From: Minisyncoccota bacterium
GTDB taxonomy: Bacteria; Patescibacteriota; Minisyncoccia; UBA6257
Reading direction: 5' to 3'
DNA: 60,533 nt
Assembly (NCBI GenBank): GCA_041654015.1
Contig: JBAZEI010000001.1
Location: 1 to 60,533, forward strand
The notes beneath the pieces were generated by a model. The model did no database searches and was not told where the DNA came from. It worked only from the letters and a program-made list of their open reading frames with translations. The number at the start of each line of letters is the position of its first letter. Position 1 is the first letter of the stretch. The position numbers were made by a program, and so were the translations under genes. Of the stretch, positions 53,708 to 60,533 are shown in pieces.

Positions 53708-55306
53708 ATGATTGCTCAGTTTCAAAAAATATTAAATCATAAATCAGAAACAATTTTTGGGGCAGCGATGCTTACGAGCGCCCTTACTTTATTGGGCAGT
53801 TTTTTGGGTCTTTTGAGAAATGCGTTTTTAGCTAGCCGTTTTGGGGCCTCGGGCTATTTAGATATTTATTATGCCTCTTTTCGGCTTCCGGATTTGATTT
53901 ATAACATTTTTATTATGGGAGCCGTCTCTCTCGTTTTTATTCCTGTTTTTAGCGAATACTGGGCTAAAAACAAAGAAGAAGCTTGGCAATTTGCCAATGC
54001 TATAATTATGGTGATCGGCGTCTTTATAGGAATTTTGGCTTTAATAGTGGCTATTTTTACCCGACCCTTGCTCTCCCGTCTTTTAGTAGGTTTTAGCGCT
54101 GAACAAATAGAGATAGCCATTGTTTTAACAAGAATTATGATGATTCAGCCGATTTTAATGGGTATTTCTTCTGTTGCCGCTAGTATTTTAAAAATATTTA
54201 AATTATTTTTATCCTGCGCTTTAGCTCCTTTAATGTACAACACAGGGATTATAATTGGAATTCTCATTTTTTCTCCAATGATGGGATTAAAAGGATTGGC
54301 TTGGGGCGTAGTTTTGGGCGCTGCTCTGCATTTAGCAATTCAAATTCCGGCCTTAATGACTACCGGCTATAAGTTTAAATTTAACAGTCATGTTTTAAAA
54401 GAAAGGATAGCAGGGTTGAAAAACGTGTTTTTAATGATGATTCCGCGCTCCTTGGCTATTATTGCCAACCAAATTTTCCTTTTGGGCATTACAGTTATCG
54501 CCACAATGTTGGAAGAAGGGAGTTTAGCTGTATTTAATTTTGCCAATGATATTCAAAATTTGCCTCAAACAGTATTTGCTTTGTCTTTTGCCGCCGCCGC
54601 CTTTCCTGTTTTATCGCAATTTAGCGCTGAAAAAAGGCAGACTGATTTTGCAAAAACTTCACTAAAAACCCTTTCTCAGATATTTTTCTTTTTGATCCCG
54701 ATAGCAGTTTGGTTTATTGTTTTTCGAGAGCCGATTATCCGTCTTCTATTGGGCTATGGAAAATTTAATTGGGCTTCAACTATTAAGACAATTCAAGTTT
54801 TTTCAATTCTTTCTTTAGGAATGGTTTTTCAGGGGGCGAACGCTTTGCTACTAAGAATTTTTTTCGCCCAAAAAGACGCCCTAAAACCTTTTATTGCCAG
54901 TATTGTTTCTTACGCTTTGGGGTTTTTATTATGTTATAAATTTGGCTTGGTTTTTGGAGTAAGTGGTTTAGCTTTAGCGGTAACTTTGACATACCTATTT
55001 TACTTTTTGATTTTGGCAATTTTACTAAAACCGGTATTTTCTTCTTCGTCTTTAAAAGAGTTTCGTTCCTCTTTATTAAAGATATTATTTGTTTCTTTGA
55101 TTAGCGGACTAGTCGCCTTTTTATTATTTGGCTTTTTAGAGGGATATTTCCCTTCGGAAAAAGTTGTAAATTTAGTAGCAAACGCCGCCATTTCATTTAC
55201 GGCATCTTTGTTCTGCTTTGTATTTCTCTGTTTTAAGATTGGCATCAAAGAGGTAAATGAGATAAAAACCATTTTTATTCGTAAAATATACAAAACCGAT
55301 GAATAA
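53708..55306 (+). CDS. murJ: Lipid II flippase MurJ (MviN)
   Basis: 532 aa, ~14 TM. N-terminal GLLRNAFLASRFGAS...DIYYASFRLPDL. Confidence 0.85.
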   Translation: MIAQFQKILNHKSETIFGAAMLTSALTLLGSFLGLLRNAFLASRFGASGYLDIYYASFRLPDLIYNIFIMGAVSLVFIPVFSEYWAKNKEEAWQFANAIIMVIGVFIGILALIVAIFTRPLLSRLLVGFSAEQIEIAIVLTRIMMIQPILMGISSVAASILKIFKLFLSCALAPLMYNTGIIIGILIFSPMMGLKGLAWGVVLGAALHLAIQIPALMTTGYKFKFNSHVLKERIAGLKNVFLMMIPRSLAIIANQIFLLGITVIATMLEEGSLAVFNFANDIQNLPQTVFALSFAAAAFPVLSQFSAEKRQTDFAKTSLKTLSQIFFFLIPIAVWFIVFREPIIRLLLGYGKFNWASTIKTIQVFSILSLGMVFQGANALLLRIFFAQKDALKPFIASIVSYALGFLLCYKFGLVFGVSGLALAVTLTYLFYFLILAILLKPVFSSSSLKEFRSSLLKILFVSLISGLVAFLLFGFLEGYFPSEKVVNLVANAAISFTASLFCFVFLCFKIGIKEVNEIKTIFIRKIYKTDE

Positions 55307-57231
55307 CAATATTCGTAACTTCGTCATTATTGCCCATATTGATCATGGAAAGTCTACTTTGGCTGATAGGTTTTTGGAATTGACAAAGACGATTTCGAAA
55401 AATAAATTAAGTCCCCAATACTTAGACAGAATGGATTTAGAAAAAGAACACGGCATTACTATTAAGATGCACCCGGTTCAAATGCTCTATCAGGCAAAAA
55501 CCCTAAATCCTAAATCCGAAATTCTAAACACCTGCCCGCTTCGCTTTGCGAAGCAAAGCAGGCGGGAATCCCAAATCCAAAATTCTAAATCCCAGAAAAA
55601 TAATTTAGAATTTAGCGCTTCGGATTTAGAGTTTTCAAATTCAGAATATATTTTGAACTTGATAGATACTCCGGGGCATGTTGATTTTACTTATGAAGTT
55701 TCTCGCGCCTTGGCTGCAGTTGAAGGAGCCGTGCTTTTGGTAGACGGAACTCAGGGTATCCAGGCGCAAACTCTTTCTAATCTTATGTTAGCTCAAAAAC
55801 AGGGTCTTAAAATTATCGGCGCTATTAATAAAATAGATTTAGAAATTCCTGATTTAGAACAAAAAAGAAAAGAGTTGGCTGATTTGTTAAAGGTTGATAA
55901 AAAAGAGATAGTTCTTTTATCGGCAAAAACAGGAGAAAATGTGGATCTTCTGCTTCAAAAAATTGTAATTGAAATTCCCAGTCCAAAAATTAAAAATGAG
56001 CTTCCTTTTCGGGCTTTGGTATTTGACTCTCATTATGATGATTATAAAGGGATTATTGCTTATTTAAGGGTTATTGAAGGAGAAGTCGCCAAAGGAGAAA
56101 AAATTAATTTTGTTATCAGCGGCGCAAAAGGAAGCGCTGTTAATTTGGGTTATTTTGCTCCGGAATTAAAGCCAAAAGATAGATTAAAATCAGGGGAAAT
56201 TGGCTGGATTGCAACAGGGTTAAAAGATTTAAATTTAGTTCGAGTCGGAGACACAATAGCCAAATCATTAAACATAGAACCTTTGCCGGGCTATAAAGAA
56301 CCAAAACCAGTGGTTTTTGCCGGTTTTTATTTAGCCAAAGGCAAAGCAGATTCAGGTTTAAGTAAAGGCGATAAGGATTTTGAGCATTTTCGTCATTCTT
56401 TATATCAATTAAAATTGAACGATTCGGCTTTATATTTTACTCCAGAAAGCTCTGAAGCTTTGGGCCGGGGTTATCGTTTAGGGTTTTTAGGGATGCTTCA
56501 TTTAGAAATTACTCAGGAAAGATTAAAAAAAGAATACGGTTTGGATTTAATCATTACTCAACCAACAGTGCCTTATAAAGTTTTACTCAAAGGCAACAAA
56601 GAAAAAATTATTACCAATCCCAGCGAATGGCCTTCCCTCAATGAAATTATTGGCTATGAAGAACCTTGGGTAAATATGGAGATTATTACAATGCCCCAGT
56701 ATTTATCCAATATAATGAAGCTAATAAATGGCTCGCGGGGCGAAAATATCAATACTTTTACTTTTGCCGAAAGATTGATTATAAAATGCGAGATACCTTT
56801 GGAGGAGGTAATTAAAGATTTTTACGATAATTTAAAATCTGTTTCTTCTGGTTACGCCTCTTTGAGCTACGAAATCTCGGGATATAAGCCGACAGAATTG
56901 GAAAAGTTAGAAGTAGTTTTGGCGGGAAAACAATTTGAAAGTTTGTCGCGGATAGTTTTTAGAGATAAAATAGAAAAGGAAGCGAGAAGAGGTTTTGCCT
57001 CGCCAAAATTACGCTATCCCGATACAGATAAAAGGGATGGGTAGGATTATTGCCCGGGAAACAGTGCCTGCTTTGAAAAAAGATGTTACGGGTTATCTTT
57101 ATGGCGGGGACAGAACCAGAAAAATGAAACTTTGGAAAAAACAGGCAAAAGGGAAGAAAAAACTTTTAGAAGAAGCAGATTTAGAGATTCCTTCAGAAGT
57201 TTTCTTAAAAATATTCCCTTCTTCCCGTTAA
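55299..57231 (+). CDS. lepA: Elongation factor 4 (LepA), with an in-frame insertion in the G domain and an apparent +1 frameshift near the 3' end
   Basis: IRNFVIIAHIDHGKSTL, NLIDTPGHVDF, INKIDL. The conserved C-terminus LPRQNYAIPIQ..IIARETV..YGGD.TRK.KL..KQ..GKK continues in the next frame (track ORF 56995..57231). The frames switch at the T4 run 56993..56996. Confidence 0.88.
55497..55646 (+). repeat. ~150-nt palindromic element inserted in frame in lepA
   Basis: Encodes KTLNPKSEILNTCPLRFAKQSRRESQIQNSKSQKNNLEFSASDLEFSNSE, where E. coli LepA has about 5 residues. Outer inverted repeat ctaaatccgaaattctaaa (55510..55528) / tttagaattt..cggatttag (55604..55629). GC core with GCTTCGC..GCGAAGC hairpin at 55531..55566. 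Confidence 0.8.
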
Positions 57232-57253
57232 TCTTTTAAACTTAACTAAAATA

Positions 57254-57652
57254 ATGAAAAAATTTTTATTAATTTTAATCAGCATTGTTATCGTTTTTGC
57301 GCTTGCCCAGCGGATTCAAGACGATTGGCAAAAATATAAACTCCTAACTGAAGAAGTCAGCGATTTAGAATCAAAAAAAGAAAATTTGCTTAAAGAGCGG
57401 GAAAGATTAGAGCAGTTGTTAGAGCAGGGAAGCCAGAAAGATTTATTAGAGAGAGAGGCGCGTTCAATGTTAGGTTTCAAAAAAGAAGGAGAAGAGGTAA
57501 TTTTGGTAATTCCGCCGACAAATAATATAGAATCAGCCACTGATAGCGTCTCTCTTGATTTATCAGTTTCCTCAAGCACTCAGGACAGCTTCCTTTCAAA
57601 TATTTTTGGGATTTGGTATAATTTTTTGGAGAAATTAGGGATTAGAAAATAA
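57254..57652 (+). CDS. Septum formation initiator (FtsB/DivIC family)
   Basis: N-terminal TM helix, coiled coil, and LEREARSMLGFKKEGEEVI. Confidence 0.65.
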   Translation: MKKFLLILISIVIVFALAQRIQDDWQKYKLLTEEVSDLESKKENLLKERERLEQLLEQGSQKDLLEREARSMLGFKKEGEEVILVIPPTNNIESATDSVSLDLSVSSSTQDSFLSNIFGIWYNFLEKLGIRK

Positions 57653-57763
57653 AATTAGCGAGATTAGTATAGTGGTAGTATATCACCTTCCCAAGCCCCC
57701 ACACCAAAGAAGGATATCAATTTCGCGGACATCGTATAGTGGCTAGTACGTAACCTTCCCAAG

Positions 57764-57895
57764 TCCCCACACCAAACGAGTATTACTTGCGAGATTAGTA
57801 TAGTGGTAGTATATCACCTTCCCAAGGTGAGGGCGCCGGTTCGATTCCGGTATCTCGCTCAACTTAGAATTTAAAATATCGTTATGGTGTGGGGA
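57764..57895. mobile_element. TIR element E2 (TCCCCACACC...GGTGTGGGGA), TSD CAAG, whose cargo is the intact tRNA-Gly 'C'
   Basis: Arms 57764..57788 and 57860..57895. Shares CCAAACG / CGTTATGG and AACTTAGAA with the tuf-promoter element. Confidence 0.75.
57789..57859 (+). tRNA. tRNA-Gly (anticodon CCC), intact copy 'C'
   Basis: Hand-folded. Acceptor GCGAGAT/ATCTCGC, D arm GTAT-AGTGGTA-GTAT, anticodon arm TCACC-UUCCCAA-GGTGA, 4-nt variable loop, T arm GCCGG-TTCGATT-CCGGT. No encoded CCA. Confidence 0.88.
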
Positions 57896-58002
57896 CAAGG
57901 TTAAAGCGTGGGTTCGATTCCCATTGTCCGCTCAAAATATAAGTAATCCTTCTTATGGTGTGGGGGCAAGGTGAGGGCGCCGGTTCGATTCCGGTATCTC
58001 GC

Positions 58003-59091
58003 TCAGATAATTTTTCCGCCCCCTAAACATTTATCTTTTTGATAAAAAACAGCGAATTGGCCCGGGCAGGGGGCAAAAACCGGTTTTGAAAAAACAATTT
58101 TTAATTTTCTTTTTTCCGGAATTATAATAGCTGATGCAGGTTTTTGCTGGTAGCGAATACTCACTTGGGCTTTAAAAGGTTTTGATAGTTTTTTTCCAGA
58201 AATAAAGTGATGAGGAAAAACAAAGATTTCTTTTTTAAAGAGATCTTTTTTATTTTTACTCACTAAAAGAGCGTTTTTCTTTTTGTCAAAGCCGACAACA
58301 AAATAAGGGCCGCCGGAAAGTTTGATCCCTTTTCTTTGGCCAATGGTAAAAAAATGCAATCCTTGGTGTTGGGATAAAATATTTTTTTGAGTGTCAATTA
58401 TTAAACCTTGTTTTTTACCAATTTTTTGTTCCAAAAAAGGGCAAAGAGACTGGCCGGCAATAAAACAAAAATCCTTACTTTCTTCTATTTTGCTAAAGAA
58501 TTTCAGCCCCTGTTTTTTTGCTATTTGATAAATTTCTTTTTTAGAGTAATCACCGAGAGGAAAAATGATATGTTTGAGCCATTTTTGAGGCAAAAAACAG
58601 AGATTATAAGTTTGATCTTTATTTTTATCTTCGGCTTTTAATAACTCATACTGCTTTGTTTTAGAATTAAATTTCAGTCTTGCATAGTGGCCAGTCGCAA
58701 TATATTCAATCTTATGTTTTTTTGCCCAAGCGATTAATTGTTTAAACTTGAAATTAGGATTGCAAATAACGCAAGGATTGGGGGTTCTTAAATTTTTCCA
58801 TTCGTTAATAAAATACCCAACAACTTGTTTTTTAAAATCTTTTTTCGCGTCCACAATATGATGAGGGATACCTAACTTTTTACAAACCTTAGCTGCTACT
58901 TCTAGAGATTGTTTTTTTACAAGACGGGCATTTGCTTTTGAAAAATTGGTTTTATCCTCCCAAATAGGCAATTCTAAAGAAAGGCCGATCGGCTGCCAGC
59001 CTTCTTGTTTTAATAGTATTAAAGCGGCCGAGGAATCTACTCCTCCGGACATACCAACAACAATTTTTTGGCCCTTAATATTTTTTGACAT
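58003..59091 (-). CDS. mnmA: tRNA-specific 2-thiouridylase MnmA
   Basis: PP-loop VGMSGGVDSS, PNPCVICN, ATGHYAR. Confidence 0.9.
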   Translation of the reverse strand: MSKNIKGQKIVVGMSGGVDSSAALILLKQEGWQPIGLSLELPIWEDKTNFSKANARLVKKQSLEVAAKVCKKLGIPHHIVDAKKDFKKQVVGYFINEWKNLRTPNPCVICNPNFKFKQLIAWAKKHKIEYIATGHYARLKFNSKTKQYELLKAEDKNKDQTYNLCFLPQKWLKHIIFPLGDYSKKEIYQIAKKQGLKFFSKIEESKDFCFIAGQSLCPFLEQKIGKKQGLIIDTQKNILSQHQGLHFFTIGQRKGIKLSGGPYFVVGFDKKKNALLVSKNKKDLFKKEIFVFPHHFISGKKLSKPFKAQVSIRYQQKPASAIIIPEKRKLKIVFSKPVFAPCPGQFAVFYQKDKCLGGGKII

Positions 59092-59097
59092 TATTTC

Positions 59098-59580
59098 TTA
59101 ATTTTCCTTCCCAAGCCAATCAACATATTTCTTCTCTATTATTTTTTTCTCATTTTCAATCCTTTGGTGGCGTTTTTGAAGTTCTTCTGGTATAGGCCTT
59201 TTATTTTTTGATAAGTAATCATAAATGGCTTCGCTCAAGGCATCAATCGCCAAAACAGAACAATGGATTTTAACTGGCGGCAGTTCTTCAATGGTGTCAA
59301 TAATATCGTTTTTGTCTAATTTTATGGCTTCGTCAATTGTTTTTCCTTTGGCAAGGTCAGTGATGATACTGCTGGTGGCAATGGCGGCGACACAACCAAA
59401 GGTTTCAAAGCGAATATCCTTGATGATCTCTTCGCCTTTTTTATTTTTTTCTATTTTTAGATAAAGATTCATTACATCGCCGCAGACAATATTTCCGACT
59501 TTACCGATACCGTCAGGATTTTTAATTTTTCCGAAATTGTGAGGATTTTTAAAATGTTGCAATACTTTTTTGTTGTACAT
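59098..59580 (-). CDS. iscU: Fe-S cluster scaffold protein (IscU/NifU N-terminal type)
   Basis: YNKKVLQHFKNPHNFGKI, GNIVCGDVMNLYLKI, FGCVAAIASS, CSVLA. Confidence 0.88.
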   Translation of the reverse strand: MYNKKVLQHFKNPHNFGKIKNPDGIGKVGNIVCGDVMNLYLKIEKNKKGEEIIKDIRFETFGCVAAIATSSIITDLAKGKTIDEAIKLDKNDIIDTIEELPPVKIHCSVLAIDALSEAIYDYLSKNKRPIPEELQKRHQRIENEKKIIEKKYVDWLGKEN

Positions 59581-59599
59581 AGTAATTTACCATTCTAAG

Positions 59600-60533
59600 T
59601 TATTTTTTGAAGGGGGAGATTTTTCTCAAATTGCTGATGACTTTTTCTAAAATTTTTAAAGTATAATCAATGTCTTTTTTTGTTGTCCAGCGGCCGAGAG
59701 TTAATCTTAGAGAACCGTGGGCGCATTCTGGCTGTAAGCCACAACTTATGAGAACATGGCTAGGCTCTAATTTTTCAGAAGAGCAGGCAGAGCCGGTTGA
59801 AGCGGCAATTCCGTATTCATCAAGCGAAGCGACAATAGATTCACCTTCAACAAAATCAAACCAAAAGTTCGTATTATTAGGCAAACGTTTTTTGGGGTGG
59901 CCATTAAGATGAGAATGGGGGATTTTTGTTAAAACGCCTTGAATTAATTGATCTCGTAATTTAGTTAATCTTTTAGATTCTCTGGCCATTTGCTTTTTAG
60001 AGATTTTAATGGCTTTTTCAAAGCCGACAATAGCCGGGATATTGACAGTAGAAGACCTAAGGCCAAATTCATGATCGCCGCCATGAAGCAAAGGGTCTAT
60101 TTTTGTGCCTTTTTTGATATAGAGAAAGGCAGCGCCTTTTGGTCCGTAAATCTTATGGGAAGAAGCAGTTAATAAATCAACTTTCATTTTTTCTACATCA
60201 ATCGGTATTTTGCCAAAAGTTTGAGCCGCATCTGTATGAAAATAAACTCCTTTTTTCCGGCAAATATCTCCTATCTTTTCAATTGGTTCAATAGTGCCGA
60301 TTTCATTATTGCCGTGAATGATGGAAACCAGAATTGTGTCTTTGGTAATAGCATTTTTTACATCTTTGGGATTTATTAATCCGTATTTATCCGGTTTAAT
60401 CTGGGTAATTTTAAAACCTAATTTTTTTAGCCAGAGAGCGCTGTTTAAAACACAATCATGCTCTATGGCAGAAATAATAATATGCTTGCCTTTATTTTGA
60501 TTGGCCAGCCCGTTTTGTTTGCAAATCGAGGCG
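59600..60533 (-). CDS. iscS: Cysteine desulfurase (NifS/IscS), 5'-truncated by the window edge
   Basis: The track shows only 59600..60187. Own translation shows the same frame stays open to the window end (..HIIISAIEHDCVLNSALWLKKLGFKITQI..GNNEIGTIEPIEKIGDIC..FHTDAAQTFGKIPIDVEKMKVDLLTASSHKIYGPKG). Active-site block STGSACSS. Confidence 0.9.
   Translation of the reverse strand, partial: ASICKQNGLANQNKGKHIIISAIEHDCVLNSALWLKKLGFKITQIKPDKYGLINPKDVKNAITKDTILVSIIHGNNEIGTIEPIEKIGDICRKKGVYFHTDAAQTFGKIPIDVEKMKVDLLTASSHKIYGPKGAAFLYIKKGTKIDPLLHGGDHEFGLRSSTVNIPAIVGFEKAIKISKKQMARESKRLTKLRDQLIQGVLTKIPHSHLNGHPKKRLPNNTNFWFDFVEGESIVASLDEYGIAASTGSACSSEKLEPSHVLISCGLQPECAHGSLRLTLGRWTTKKDIDYTLKILEKVISNLRKISPFKK

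Larger units (their letters stand above)
57725..57932 (+). tRNA. tRNA-Gly(CCC) 'B' (distinct sequence), interrupted at the same anticodon-loop position by a 132-nt element
   Basis: 5' part 57725..57763 and 3' part 57900..57932 (CAAG at 57760..57763 and 57896..57899). Joined, they fold into a full cloverleaf (GCGGACA/TGTCCGC, TAACC-UUCCCAA-GGTTA, GTGGG-TTCGATT-CCCAT). Confidence 0.8.
57696..57966. mobile_element. TIR element E1 (CCCCCACACC...GGTGTGGGGG), TSD CAAG, whose cargo is the interrupted tRNA 'B'
   Basis: Arms 57696..57724 and 57933..57966. Subterminal AAAGAAGG / CCTTCTTA are complementary. Confidence 0.75.
57658..58003 (+). tRNA. tRNA-Gly(CCC) 'A', interrupted in the anticodon loop by a 271-nt element
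   Basis: 5' part 57658..57695 and 3' part 57971..58003 (CAAG duplicated at 57692..57695 and 57967..57970). Joined, they are identical to the intact copy at 57789..57859. Confidence 0.8.

Noticed and set aside
56993-56996. Programmed +1 ribosomal frameshifting in lepA
   Set aside because: There is no recognisable slippery-site/stimulator architecture beyond a T4 run. A second homopolymer-associated frameshift at 19.9 kb makes a sequencing error or pseudogenisation at least as likely.
57696-57966. Interpretation of the tRNA interruptions as archaeal-type bulge-helix-bulge introns or as group I introns
   Set aside because: When folded by hand, the junction gives an asymmetric 7 x 2 internal loop next to a long perfect helix, not a 3-4-3 BHB. 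The inserts are far too short (132 and 271 nt, mostly tRNA) and lack group I core elements. Identical TIR/TSD structures in non-tRNA promoter DNA favour DNA-level insertion.
1-60533. CRISPR arrays, rRNA genes, tmRNA, reverse transcriptase/retron/DGR components, transposase or integrase genes
   Set aside because: No regularly spaced direct-repeat array was seen by eye. No long non-coding block has rRNA signatures. No ORF has recognisable RT, DDE, serine-recombinase or tyrosine-recombinase motifs. The recurring GGTGTGGGGG motif occurs as inverted pairs with TSDs, not as a spaced array.

Overview
Visibly AT-rich bacterial chromosome segment that looks like a reduced Patescibacteria/CPR-type genome. 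It is densely packed with mostly plus-strand housekeeping genes. In order: pth, an LCP protein, lepB, hisS, rpsU, ybeY, ftsA-ftsZ, nrdD-nrdG, a split comEC, aspS, rpmB, rarA, rsmI, prs and an AMP/thymidine-phosphorylase-family gene. Then come rpsL-rpsG-fusA-tuf and the S10/spc ribosomal operons through secY-adk-map. There is no L30 gene, and no infA..rplQ block follows map. The window ends with tpiA, pgk, rnhA, RNase P RNA, murJ, lepA and mnmA-iscU-iscS. Core genes almost never carry a Shine-Dalgarno sequence. Several non-standard layers sit on this backbone. (1) A family of short non-coding elements has 10-bp terminal inverted repeats CCCCCACACC/GGTGTGGGGG and 4-bp target duplications. They are nested inside promoter -35 boxes at 24.0 kb and 31.7 kb. 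At 57.66-58.00 kb they form a three-deep 'Russian doll' of tRNA-Gly(CCC) genes, where each element carries a tRNA-Gly and interrupts the anticodon loop of another. (2) GC-rich hairpin/palindromic modules are inserted in frame into pgk, lepA and a membrane protein. They also sit at the 3' ends of ftsZ and rpsQ, in a composite array after map, and inside an RNase P RNA of about 660 nt. (3) A 4.6-kb block is bracketed by two copies of a promoter + ~80-nt hairpin RNA + terminator unit. It contains a radical-SAM/SPASM maturase followed by an unannotated 40-codon Cys-rich peptide gene, which looks like a RiPP cassette. (4) Two LAGLIDADG inteins interrupt nrdD. (5) Apparent homopolymer frameshifts occur in lepA and in an HExxH gene. 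All calls rest on reading the sequence and ORF translations by eye. No database search, RNA folding program or covariance model was run.
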